Shown here piece by piece: positions 11,240 through 24,100 of a stretch of DNA of 64,000 bases; position 1 is the first letter of the stretch; each line of letters begins with the position of its first letter. This stretch comes from Octopus sinensis (Eukaryota): contig NC_042997.1 of assembly GCF_006345805.1 (NCBI RefSeq), positions 64,852,001 to 64,916,000 of the forward strand, given 5' to 3'. The notes beneath the pieces were generated by a model. That model was not told the origin of the DNA. It made no database searches and worked only from the letters and a program-made list of their open reading frames with translations. A program made the translations under genes and the position numbers.

Positions 11240-12500
11240 AATAATATATATATATATATGTAAAATTAACAGAATGAGATTAAAAAAATCCAAGGCTGTG
11301 AAAGATTTCACATTTATAAAGAGAAGGTCTTACAGCTGTTTCCGGAATATTTAATATATCCCTTCTTCAGAGAAGGTGCGAGAAAATGGTTAAGCAATAG
11401 TTATTACAGGGAAGATATGAAATACAGAGTGAAGTGGAAGAATGAAAACAGACGTGAGATACGTCAGGATAATTTATCTGCAGTTCCATTATTTAAGCAG
11501 TATATATTACCAGTATTCAAATATTACCAGTATTCAAATATTACCAGTATTCAAATATGTGAGGTGTTTATATATCAATAAATTACCAGATAGACCGCTG
11601 TAAAGAAAGGATAAATTCTACTCTAGTTTTGAATTCACTGAACACGTTTTGGCACTATGAAAATAATAAACCGCTTTTATTCGAACTACAATAACTATTA
11701 CAATTCTGAATTACTATGAACTCATGTATCTAATAAGATGGAAAGTATGTATTCTTAAACATATGAAGGTGTTAACCACCTAATCCAATTAAGATATATA
11801 CTTTTATTAAACAGTCTAGTGATCTGGGCACTTGATCAAAAATATTAAAATATAGTTATGAACATCATATATAATAATATCTGGAATCGGGTGATTTTAT
11901 CTAGACAGTAAATTACTAGGCTACTCTTAAAAAGATGTCAGACAGCCACTCAATCTTTCAGTGAAAGCCGACATAAATTGCAAAATAGCAGAGTCTCATT
12001 ATCAGAACAACGCATTAAAAGAGATACAACTACTTGACGCATCCAGTCATAAAAACAAATCAATCGCTTTTCCAAATAATTTGTTTCTTAGTCAAAATGG
12101 ACAACTACCTCTTTTAGCGACTCTGACAATTGCTTTGTATACAATGTAATTATAACCATTTTTATTGACATTAATGGTATTGTTATCACTATGTTATTTC
12201 TTCTTGTTGCTGTTACTGTTGTGGCATTTATTGCTGCTTTTTTGTTTTATTTTCATGTTTGCTCTTATTGCATATACAGTCTGTCAAACAATGCCAAAGA
12301 AAAAACAAATATAGATTTTTCATCATTCTTCTATTATTTTGTATCTTTCTAATAGTAACGTCATCGTCTTTCTCTCTGATTTTTTTTTCATTAGGTCCTT
12401 GTGTGAGGTTTCTTAATTTTCTGAAGGAAATATCTAACGTTTGTCGAATGTAACGCAATTTTTTAAAAGTTTTAATCAATAGCGAATCACATTAAGATAA
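11240..12500 (-). mobile_element. Degraded PLE (GIY-YIG remnant plus pseudo-LTR with hammerhead)
   Basis: Minus strand about 12030-11960 gives CVVLIMRLCYFAIYVG(fs)TERL, a GIY-YIG-like remnant. Hammerhead at 11328-11373. Ends at (TA)n near 11245. Confidence 0.55.
11328..11373 (-). ncRNA. Minimal type I hammerhead ribozyme
   Basis: Minus strand TCT-CTGAAGA-A-GGGATAT(attaa)ATATTCC-G-GAAA-CAGCTGTA-AGA. Palindromic ACAGCUGU stem III, 3-bp stem I, A.G mismatch closing stem II. Confidence 0.65.
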
Positions 12501-12797
12501 AATATTTGAAAAGAAATCAGCATAAGAGATGTCACTAACTCACATTAATTATTATTAATGCTTCTCGAGGTTATTGATGGCTTTTCATTCTTTATTTTTA
12601 TTTCGTTTCGAGTCTGCTGACACTTTGTTCCAACTTAAACATTTTGACTCTTCAAAGATCGTAACTTCTTGACTTTTCACGAGAAAGATAGCATGATGTG
12701 TCCCTTAGAAAGTTATCTAGATTACTAGACAATGCCTATAAAACAGCTTCTATTTGTTTTAAAAATCAAAGAAACATGATTAGCATCATATTGCACT

Positions 12798-12848
<51 letters not shown>

Positions 12849-12850
<2 letters not shown>

Positions 12851-13013
12851 CGCAGGAGTGGCTGTGTGGTAAGTAGCTTGCTAACCAACCACATGGTTCC
12901 GGGTTCAGTCCCACTGCGTGGCATCTTGGGCAAGTGTCTTCTGCTGTAGCCCCGGGCCGACCAATGCCTTGTGAGTGGATTTGGTAGACGGAAACTGAAA
13001 GAAGCCTGTCGTA

Positions 13014-13068
<55 letters not shown>

Positions 13069-13283
13069 TTGTGTGTCTGTGTTTGTCCCCCTAGCTTTGC
13101 TTGACAACCGATGCTGGTGTGTTTACGTCCCCGCCACTTAGCGGTTCGGCAAAAGAGACCGATAGAATAAGTACTAGGCTTACAAAGAATAAGTTCCGGG
13201 GTCGATTTGGTCGACTAAAGGCGGTGCTCCAGCATGGCCGCAGTCAAATGACTGAAACAAGTAAAAGAGTAAAGAGTAAAGAG
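12849..13283 (+). mobile_element. tRNA-derived SINE (family A) with internal (TA)n(TG)n tract
   Basis: ggcgcaggagtggctgtgtgg head, ggttcagtcc B-box-like motif, near-identical to the 20711 copy. Inserted after (TA)n. Confidence 0.9.
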
Positions 13284-14538
13284 ATATATATATTACAGAT
13301 AAAAGGGTAAAGAATTATTAATTTAATAATTAATAAATTTTACCAAGTAGATTCGGTATGGAAAGAGAACCATTATCAATGGAACCTTTTAGAAAAAGTT
13401 TTTTTTTTATATATATATATATATATACATGTAAATGTATACATATATATCTGTTTATATATGTATATATACATACCTACATATATATATATATATATAT
13501 ATATTTACATGTATGTGTGTGTGTCTGTCTGTAACTACGAAAATGCACTGCGCCGATTGTTACGTGTTTCCAAAGGTGTCGACTCATTTTAAATGAGTTG
13601 AACATTACCACTTACATCACGCGTATGGTAATTAATTTTGATCATCAGGTTTAACATATATCACCTTCCCTAGAGAACGTTTGGCCAATGTAATCACTTG
13701 AAAACATTAGAACCAAGACTGAGATGTGAGTATAACGTGACATGTGAATTGTTACTTTCTATTCCAGTAAACATTAAACAGTGGTCTCTTATTTCTGTCA
13801 TTGAATGAGCATTAAGAAACGTCTACAAAGATCTATAGTATCGTTGGGTATGAGCGCCAAACAGCATAACATTGCTTTATTGCTTTTATAATCTCTGCAG
13901 ATGTCTGCTGTTAAGGAGAAAGATATTTAATGTATGCATCCATTGCCAATATATATATGGTTAATGTTATACAGATATTCTGTAGAAATTATGGCCGGCA
14001 CTGATTTTTGTTACGGCGTTTTATATCCGAGATGTCACATGTAAACAATGTGATCGACAATGAAAAACGGCTTATATGCCGTATTTCTGGAGTATTTCTC
14101 ATTATCCCCATAATCTTCCAGGAACACATTGCTTAAATAGCCAATAAATACAGCGTGCCAATACAGTTTATATATTGTTAAATCAAACTTAAATACAAAT
14201 ATAAATTGTGCGTCTTTAACATGAAAAAATAAGCCAACGTCTGGAAAAAATGGTATTTGTATATTTGTTGAAGATTAATTAACCTGGATATTTAAATATC
14301 ATTTGTTTGGATTAATTGCAAGAAAACTGCATAAAATTATATAAGGAAAATTGTAGAGATTCCAATACTTTTGGCTGCATCCATTCCTCTTTATATATGC
14401 AGATTATATAATTTAAGTCGGCATATATATGTGTGTGTGTGTGATTGTGTATATATGTGTATGTGTGTGTGGGTGTGTGCATGTATATATATATGGTCAT
14501 ATATATATACATATATATACATATGTGGATATATATGT

Positions 14539-14569
<31 letters not shown>

Positions 14570-14612
14570 GCAATAATTATTCTCTAAACGAGATATAAAC
14601 AGTAACTGCTCC

Positions 14613-14903
14613 ATAACATAAGGGACATCAGCCATCTGAATGTGGCTAGGGACAGGGCAGGGCGGTGGGGGTGTTACTGATGCATTTAGCCCCAGGCGAT
14701 CATCAACGTCACCAGGAGGGCTGACACCATCACGGTGTCCTTTCTTCGGGGAATGATCTCCCTTTGCAGGCTAGAGGACACCGTGATGGTGTCAGCCCTC
14801 CTGGTGACGTTGATGATCGCCTGGGGCTAAATGCATCAGTAACACCCCCACCACCCTGCCCTGTCCCTAGCCACATTCAGATGGCTGATGTCCCTTATGT
14901 TAT
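14613..14903. repeat. GC-rich fold-back: 129-bp arms, 33-nt loop
   Basis: 14613-14741 is the reverse complement of 14775-14903 with one mismatch seen. Confidence 0.95.
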
Positions 14904-14915
14904 ATATATATATAT

Positions 14916-15889
14916 ATATGTAAACGTTAAAAAAACACAAACTGGGACAAGAACGTGAAACATTTTGAAGACGACAAAAAAACACACAGACGGGACTTTC
15001 GAAGTCATCAGTCAAGAACCAGATCATCTTCGCAATTTCGGCTGATTAATCTTGAGATTGCTCCAATCTGGGCAGCCCGCCAAGGGAAATCTAAGCCAAT
15101 CGCATTAGATTCCTTGGAAGAAAACCTCGAAAGTATACAACACGGTGACGGAAAAACGGACGATGTTACTCGAAAAAAATTCAAAAATACGTAAAAACAA
15201 TAACGATAGCGCGGATAAGAATACAAAATAACGTAAAAACAATAATAACAAAACCAGGACGTCAGGACAAGCGTCTTTCGACAGGACGAGTTGAGTATAG
15301 GCTGGCTGTGGAACAAGTGCCTGAAGGCAAACGGAGCACAAACAAATACGTGTTGTCACCCTAACTACTTGATGCGAAAAGGCAGTAGTAGCTGGCTGGT
15401 CACGTGAGCACAAAAAGGAGAAAGGGACAGATGAAGAGAGAAGCAAGAGAGGGAAAGGGACAGGTCAAGTGGGGTATAAGGTCTGAGAGGCAGAGAAATG
15501 TGGGAGAGGAGGGACAGAGGAAGAGAGAAAGAAAGAAGGGGAACAAGGGAGGAGAAGAAAAAGAGGGAAAGAGACAGAACAAGGGGAGTGCAAAGGGTGA
15601 AGGCAGAGAAAAGTAGGAGAGGGGGGGAAAGTGACAGTGTAGTCGAGTCGTACCAATGTTAGAGAGTAATATACTTACAGTATAGGGTCAAAAGGTAGGA
15701 TACGTAGCCGCCGTGTATGTAAACGTTAAAAAAACACAAACTGGGACAAGAACGTGAAACATTTTGAAGACGACAAAAACACACACAGATGGGACTTTCG
15801 AAGCTCTCAGTCATCAGTCAAGAACCAGATCATCTTCGCAATTTCGGCTGATTAATCTTGAGATTGCTCCAATCTGGGCAGCCCGCCAA

Positions 15890-15899
<10 letters not shown>
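14916..15899 (-). mobile_element. Tandem ~799-bp pseudo-LTR-like unit (about 1.2 copies)
   Basis: aaacgttaaaaaaacacaaactggg recurs at 14922 and 15721. Left end in (TA)n, right end in (GA)n. A related fragment lies at 44280-44420 in the opposite orientation. Confidence 0.7.
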
Positions 15900-15950
<51 letters not shown>

Positions 15951-16451
15951 GTGTATGTGAACGAGTGTGTGAGTATGTATGTGAGAGCGTGCATACATAT
16001 ATGCAGACAGAAAGATAGATCACAATTTAGTAGCAGTACCCATAACAATGCTATTACATTAGATTCTTACTTTCAATGGCTACTTGACAGATTTTAATGG
16101 AAATAATTTTCCGCAGGGCCAAATATAACAGCGTGCTAATTTCCTTCGGAACTATGCAAGACTACATAATTCAAGTACCGGCATATATGTTATTTCTGTA
16201 CATAATTTCTTAGCTCTCCTGCCCATCCCTGTTTCTTAATATACCAATTTATTAATATACCAATTTACTTTGATAATCTATAGATACACGTGCGTGTTCG
16301 TGCATGTTTTTTTATGCGCGCATACCGTGTATTTGCTTTCTCTGCCTAGATATGTAGTCACCCATCGCTTCTAAATGACAACTCGATTGATGTTTCTCAT
16401 CTGAAAAAAGAGCAAAATTAGTAATTGGAAGAATGATTAGAAGCATATCTC

Positions 16452-16834
16452 TCTATATATATAAACGGCAGTTTGTCTGTCTGCGTGTCTGTGTGTCTGT
16501 TAGGTTGTACCCTCACCCTGACCACGGCTTTCAACCGATTCTGATGAAACTTGACACACACATAGCCCAATGTCATAATTCAAAGCTAACGCAGCGAAAA
16601 TTTTGAAAAGTTTCCCCAGTTCTGAAAAAAATCGATAAATTCGACATGGGGTCGAGAATCAGAAACACAAACCACAGACTGTCTAGGGGGCGCAACTCGA
16701 CCTTTTTAACTCTCAAAAAAAATTTACCATAATTGTTTTTCCATTTTTTTTGCTATTTTTTGGCTATAACTCTCTAAAAATGCTTTATAGTTATTTCCCT
16801 TACAAACTCGAGCAACACCGGGTGATACTGATAG
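16452..16834 (+). mobile_element. Non-autonomous Helitron-like element
   Basis: 5' TCTATATATATAAA, (GTCT)-type repeat near the 5' end, 3' subterminal hairpin-like ctcgagcaacaccggg followed by ctgATAGt (decayed CTAG). Confidence 0.65.
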
Positions 16835-16988
16835 TAGAGCATATTATGAATAAATATATGTCCAGCCGCAACAAAATGCAATTTAAGTTAGACCTCGGAT
16901 TACATCTAGAATAATACTTACGTGTATGCCACTTTTAAATGTAATGTGTAACACAAAAGTGGTGAGTCATTATTACTGTTATTTTAAA

Positions 16989-17364
16989 GGCGGCCAGCCG
17001 GCACAATCTTTAGCACGCTGGACGAAATGCATAGCGGTATTTCGTCTGTCGTTACGTTGTGGGTTCAGATTCCGCCGAGGTCAACTTTGCCTTTCATCCT
17101 ACCAGTTATAAGTACTTGTTACGCACTGGGGGTCGTTATAATCGACTTAATCCGTTTGTCTGTCCTTCTGTGTCCCCTCTATGTTTAGCCCCTTGTGGAT
17201 AGTAAAGAAATAGGTATTTCGGTCTGAATTCAAATTCTGCCGAGGTTAACTTTGCATTTCATCATTTTGGGCTCGATAAAATAAGTACCAGTGGAACACT
17301 GGGGTCGATGTAATCGACACATCCTCACTTCCCCTAATCTGCCCTTGTGGCACAAAATTTGAAA
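16989..17364 (+). mobile_element. Two adjacent SINEs (family B 16989-17212, related SINE 17213-17364)
   Basis: gttcagattcc / attcaaattc B-box-like motifs, shared gccgagg..ctttgc.tttcatc core. The family B tail is agccccttgtgg..agtaaagaaata. Confidence 0.8.
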
Positions 17365-18520
17365 TGACTGTTACTGTTATTTGCATGTCCAAGTGCTGTC
17401 AATTAATATATCGTAAACAAGACTTAGTTTTCGTAAATGTATATGAAAGGATTCCATAGAAAGTGTAAATCTGACCCTATATACATTGAAATACAGATCG
17501 AATGGATAGACAATAGCTTAAGAGTGCGTACATATTTTAATCTATTACGTTTATTTCCTTGTTTTCCATTTTTTCAGTTTTGTTAATTAACTACGAAGTC
17601 GTTACATATTAAGTCGTTTCATATTATGCTGTTCCCTACAGGGAAGAGCATAATATGAAAAAATGCAACTGTGTATTACATGCAGCTCTAATCATTTAAA
17701 AATTTAAGTCTTAATGTAAAATCAACAGTATTATTTTCCTCTGATTCTATTATAATTTCAGCCCTTATTTCTTCATCGACTACAGAAAATCTTCATTCAC
17801 AGAGATCCAGTCACTTGTTTCAATAATAAATTAATTTCATGGCACTCATTCCTCACATATTTGCAACTATATGTAGTATCCCATAATTTTTTCTGGTATA
17901 GTGCATATTTCTATTTCAAACTGATCAACCTTACTGATTTTCCTGTGTAAACGTAATTTTTAATAGAAGTTAGAAACAATATCCTGATATTTATTTTGGA
18001 AGTACATCACAGATTAACGAGCGTACCCGGAAAAATTACAGGCTGTCTCTTTTGACAAGGCACAACAGCCGTTCAGTCTGTCCGCTAAGGGTACAGTGAA
18101 GTCATGGAATTGCAGCGTGGTGAAGTGTGAAGAGGCGGCATAACAGCTCAAATGAGCTCAATGTAATTCTCATATTGACGCTCAGCAAAAGAGTCCTAGC
18201 GTAACAGTCATGATCACCAAATTCTAGCAAACGAGTAAGCGCAACACATCCATGGCTGTGTAATGAGCTAATGAAAGATTCATTATGACCCAAAATACTA
18301 GTTCAAACTCATAATAAAAATGGATGACGTCAGAGACGGTGAATCAGCGCGACTGGATGATGATTTTTAAGTATTTAATCATAATTAGCACACATTCCTT
18401 CCTCTTACAAGGAACCTAATTATCAAGCAAGTTACTTTAAAGAATGTCTATCTCTTTTCTCTCTCCTCCCGCTCTATCTCTCTTATACATACATATACAC
18501 ATACATACACACATATATAT

Positions 18521-18612
<92 letters not shown>

Positions 18613-18619
18613 TATATAT

Positions 18620-18999
18620 ATTATATAAAAGGGCTTAGTAAAATAAATTACTTTGCCGCATACTGAACTCATTAGAAATAGTAGCTAAAAAAACTTTTTA
18701 AAACTATTTCTAATACTTAAAGAAAACCTCTCTCATATAGTGTTTGCTCAATTCAACTCACGAAAGTGTGGGGGTAAAGACATTAAAAAATCAAATGCAA
18801 AGGTTATTTGAGAACCTTTGCATTTGATTTTTTAATGTCTTTACCCCCATACTTTCGTGAGTTGAATTGAGCAAACACTATATGAGAGAGGTTTTCTTTA
18901 AGTATTAGAAATAGTTTTAAAAAAGTTTTTTTAGCTACTATTTCTAATGAGTTCAGTATGCGGCAAAGTAATTTATGTTACTAAGCCCTTTTATATAAT
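18620..18999. repeat. Fold-back palindrome, ~186-bp arms, 7-nt loop
   Basis: Arms meet at gcaaaggtt-atttgag-aacctttgc. Two substitutions and one 1-nt indel seen. Abuts (TA)n on the left. Confidence 0.95.
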
Positions 19000-19096
19000 G
19001 TAATAATTTGAATTCGCCTTAAATGGTCCCTTTGCATACTGAATACTTGGTGAAATTGATTAATAATTAATTAATTTTACCCTCAATTGTTGAAAT

Positions 19097-19131
<35 letters not shown>

Positions 19132-19223
19132 GTGTGTGTATTCTTTCATTTGAATCAGTCATTTGACTGCGGCCATGCTGGAGCACCGCTTTATATATAT
19201 ATATATATTATATATATATATAT

Positions 19224-19280
<57 letters not shown>

Positions 19281-19571
19281 TGGTGTGTGTGTGTGTGTGT
19301 GTGTGTACACACACACATAGATATACGTGTATTTACGTGTATATATGCAAATGGGTACTGAAAAGTACCTGCTTTTAAGGGTGTCGTGAAAGGCCTGGTT
19401 GGGGGCCCTACCTTCCGAGTCTTTTTACAGTGCATAGAAAAAGTAAAGGACCGCTGCTATAAGTGTATGAATTTGAAAGTGGATATGATGAATGAAATTA
19501 TAATTAACTGATCCTCCTGTATTTTCTTTCAAACGAACCCAGGAACATTTTAGCGTCATCTTGTATATCTA

Positions 19572-20398
19572 TACGAGACGGTAAAAACTAATTCCCCGAC
19601 TAGTACTGTTACACGCCAACAGATGACAGCACACGGTTGTGTGGGCAATGTGGCCTAGCAATGTGCCGAGTGACATTGCTGTGTTCACTTCGCAAGTTGT
19701 AAAATTTATTTTTGTGATTACGCGTGTGCTGTAGTCTGCGATTTTCTGATGGACTGGAACAAAGTGCCAATGTGTAATTTTGCGTTAAACATGCGAAGTC
19801 TTTTACAGAGACATTGATCATGCTTCGGCAAGCTTACAGTGACGATACAATGGATTGTACGCAATGTTTTGAGTGGCACGGGTGCTTCAAAAGCGGAAGA
19901 GCATCCCCGGAAGACAATAAGCCATCTGGAAGACATGAAAGTTGTATTGTGCATCGAGAATTCGTTCCCCCGATATTTTGAAGCGTCTGAGGAAGGACAT
20001 TCGATGAAAGCAACCAGATCTTTAGAGCACGAAGAATTGGATTCTAAATGTCAACAGTGCACCCAGTCACGGAGCTCTTCTTACTTGTGAGTTTCGCACC
20101 CAAAACAACATGGTATCACTTCTGCACCCGGCCTATTCCTCAGATCTATCACTTGCAGATTTCCACCTCTTCCCCAAAATGAAAGTGCTGTTCAAAGATT
20201 GCCATTTTAACACTGCTGTCGAGTTCAAGAGTTGCAGAAAGTTCTCGACTCACTTAAGGAAAAATGACTTCCAAGCCGGATTCCAAAAAGGGACAAGAAC
20301 ACAAGGTGATTATTTCGAAGGAGATGTTAAAACGTAGGTAAATAAGTTATCTTTTATTTAACATAATTAGTCTAGGAATCTCTTGATACTATCTCATG
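19572..20398 (+). mobile_element. Internally deleted mariner transposon relic
   Basis: EQSANV*FCVKHAKSFTETLIMLRQAYSDDTMDCTQCFEWHGCFKSGR (HTH) and HPAYSSDLSLADFHLFPKMK (YSPDL motif). Weak terminal inverted repeats. Confidence 0.8.
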
Positions 20399-20710
20399 TG
20401 TGTGTCAGTATGTTAATATATAATACACTCATACATATATGTACATGTTGCAGTTATCGTCCAGATGTGAGATGTTCCCTACTCGGAGTTTCTAGTTAAC
20501 TATCCCCAGGACTCTGATAATCAGGAAGGATGAATCGGAGCTACTGACGCATATTGATATTTGGATAGGAATATACATCCATCCATGCATATATACTGAC
20601 ATTCACATTTAACATAATTTATTTTTTACACGCATAAAATATATATATTTATATCTTTTATATTTTCTATGTAGGTATGTATATGTGTCAGCGAATATGT
20701 ACACGTTAAA

Positions 20711-21124
20711 GGCGCAGGAGTGGCTGTGTGGTAAGTAGCTTGCTAACCAACCACATGGTTCCAGGTTCAGTCCCACTGCGTGGCATCTTGGGCAAGTGCC
20801 TTCTGCTAAAGCCCCGAGCCGACCAATGCCTTGTGAGTGGATTTGGTAGACGAAAACTGAAAGAAGCCTGTCGTATATATGTATATATATATATATATGT
20901 GTGTGTGTATGTATGTGTGTCTGTGTTTGTCCCCCTAGCATTGCTTGACAACAGATGCTGGTGTGTTTACGTCTCCGTCACATAGCGGTTCGGCAAAAGA
21001 GACCGATAGAATAAGTACTGGGCTTACAAAGAATAAGTCCTGGGGTCGATTTGCTCAACTAAAGGCGGTGCTCCAGCATGGCCGCAGTCAAATGACTGAA
21101 ACAAGTAAAAAGAGTAAAAAAGAG
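20711..21124 (+). mobile_element. tRNA-derived SINE (family A)
   Basis: Near-identical to 12849-13283. Confidence 0.9.
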
Positions 21125-24100
21125 ACTTATGTATGTGTGTTTGTGTGTGTGTGTATTCTTCGTCACAGTAAGTATACTCATCTTCTATAAACAAATACTT
21201 TATTAGGTTGTAGCAATTTATAACGTGTACAGTTATTAACATCGTATTTAGATATATCCCATTTGCTAGACTGTCGGTGTCTGATAGACTAGATTGCTTA
21301 TTATTACTTATTAATGTTGAAATACCACATTTTATAAAATAACTTATGTTTTCTATAACGTATCAAATAAATTTGTAGAATTTGTTTGACAATCTTTCAT
21401 TATGATAGAAATTTCATTAATGCTTTCGCTGTCTTTCTGTAGTAAAAAATGTTTAAATAATAACACGGGAATTTGTTTCATTGTGGTACCTACTTCCCTT
21501 ATGTTATCGATTTCACTCAACAGTTAGTGATGTTCAATATCTAAATGTTGAACCTTTAAATTATACTTTCCATTTCTTTCCATACTTATGGCTATCAAAC
21601 ATGTTGCACACAAACACATATTGTATGAAATATAGATTTATATTGCACTACATAGATTTGTATTGATATTTGAAATGCAATATATATTTGTGTTCGTTAG
21701 ACCCACGCAACAAGTATATTTTCTTCCGTTGAGCACAAAAAAGTAGCTGTCATATTTCGTTTCTTTCTTTCAGATTTTCAGTAGAGACAGAATACCCGGT
21801 GTAAAATTACGTAGTGGGAGCTATTATATTGTATACAATCTCGAACAAGTCTAAATATGTCCGTCTAATTCGTCAAAAATGTGAATGCGATGATAGTGTA
21901 GTGAACAGTGTAGTCACATTTTGGATAGAAAAGAAACGTATATATTTTAACAGAACACATGCTTTAGACTTCCTGTGGAAATCCTAAGTGTTATCTCAGC
22001 CTGAGATCAAATACTATGAGGAAAATGGCAGATGGATTTCTCCCCAATGATCAGTATTGGTGCGATGTTTGTATAGAACAAAGAATATCATTCACATGAA
22101 ATTGAAATATGACACAATATTTATTCGTGTTGTACATTTTTGCACATACAAGCACTTACCGATATGATGTATGCCGCATTCAGTAATTGAATATCTTTTA
22201 CCCAATACAAATACCGCACTTAGTGCGGAATATGTGTTGATGATTCAGAGGACGCTCGCTTGTTATATACTACTTGATCTCTTCTTTTACACAGTGCCAA
22301 ACGCTTGCGTCAGGTTCCAAATCGTATTGAAGCAGTGGTGGAAGCTGAGGGTGGCTAATTTGAGTAGATTTGTCATATCCCAGTCATAATCAGCTGATGA
22401 GTTTAGAGTTCTTGAAAATAAAAGTTCGTGTGGGATATTGTATTTTCTCTTCCTTTATGCAAACTGTCGAATTTAGTTCCGGTACACTGTAGTATCTGAA
22501 TCATCTGCTCTATACGTCGATTCTTCATGCCATTTACTAATGACAGGACAGCTAGCAATATTTCTCCTATTATATTTATGCTGCAATGCTTGTAGAAGAC
22601 GATATGTTTTATGGTTTTCAGTATTTGTTTGGTACTTGCATTTATATGACTTGTTTCCTCATCCAGCTTCTCATATCAGTTATGGCTGCTTACTAAGTAT
22701 ATGAATTCATTGTTATAGCTAGATTCAATTTTCAAAATCTTACTATAATATTGACGTTGAGTTATTTTTGTTTTTTAAATCAAATCATGTCATATCTTTT
22801 CCTTTTATGGTTAATTGTGGTTTTACTCCTGTATATAATACTGCATGTAGCTATTCTTCTCTATTTCTATCTTACTTTTATAGTGAATAAGCTAAGAAAA
22901 CGAAATATTTCTGAGGCGTCGAAGCTCCCCATACCTTCACCGGTAAGCCTTATTATACTTAAAATGTGCATTATATGTACATTATGTACATAATCTAGTA
23001 GGAATCATTTCAATATAATGTTTCTCAGTTTTCATAAATATGATAATATTGATCTGTATTATAGTTGCATACATGCCGAATTGTAGGCTTTGCCCGAGAA
23101 ACTTCCAGAGACTGGTGAATCATACTTCAGTATATGGAGCTGGATAATCCTACTTCTATCTTTATTATCGCAAATGTCCCACGATGGAAATATTAGACTT
23201 GCATTCCATCACAATTGTTGCTGATTTCATACGTCAGCTAACGCAAATCTCTGCACTTATAATTTATATCTATTGCTATCCCCATGAGCGTTTACATCTA
23301 CATGAAAAGTAATTTTCAAACTTATTTTTGTGGTCCTTGAGTGTTAAATATGGCACATGATTTTAGGAGCTTAGAAAGATTGCCTGAGTTTCGCAGTAAT
23401 TCAACATTTCGCCTCATACCCTAGTACGTTATATGTTTGAATGTCCAGTAGCCGGCATACAAGAGCATTTCAATCTAAAAATGTGTACCAGGTAAGTAAA
23501 TATACGCAGAGTAATATTATCATAAAATAAAACAAACGCTTACAAAGAAATTAGTTAGGATAGTAAATGAATTAGTTGTAACTGCATGTTATATGTTCGA
23601 TGTTGATAATCACGTGTGTAGTTTACAAAACTTAATCAATGTAAAACCGTCAAAATATAAAAAAGAATTATTTTCAACGGGTTAAATCTTTCATCGGATT
23701 AAATCGCATACTAGTCGAGTATTATTTATACTAAAACGTTCTTGGTAGAATTGAATAGGTGTTGCAATTTACTGTAGAATTCATGTAAGTTTAATATATC
23801 TCTCTGCCATTAGAAACTTGACACAACGGAAAATTGTGAATACATTTGGTGATTTATAATATTCGTCTGACGCCTGGCAATGTCATATATCATATTGAGA
23901 AGTAAAATATAATTTCATGCACACATTATTTGGTTAACAAGAAGATTCTATTCAAAACATTTTCCTTCCGCTATATATGTTATATATAATTCAATACGTG
24001 TAAATGATATACCCATTCACACACAACAAAATCTCACATATATATATATAGTTCATGTATACATGTGTATAAGAGAGCATGTTTCTGTGTTTGAGCTTAT

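Noticed and set aside
11505-11558. Short direct repeats as a CRISPR-like array (also the 361-bp units)
   Set aside because: No unique spacers, eukaryotic context and no cas genes.
22290-22370. Apparent splice acceptor followed by the short frame KRLRQVPNRIEAVVEAEGG
   Set aside because: Resembles the C-terminus of Tc1-like transposases rather than a host exon, and is too short to call as a feature.
22390-22425. CTGATGAG...GAAA string
   Set aside because: No consistent stems I, II or III. Chance match.
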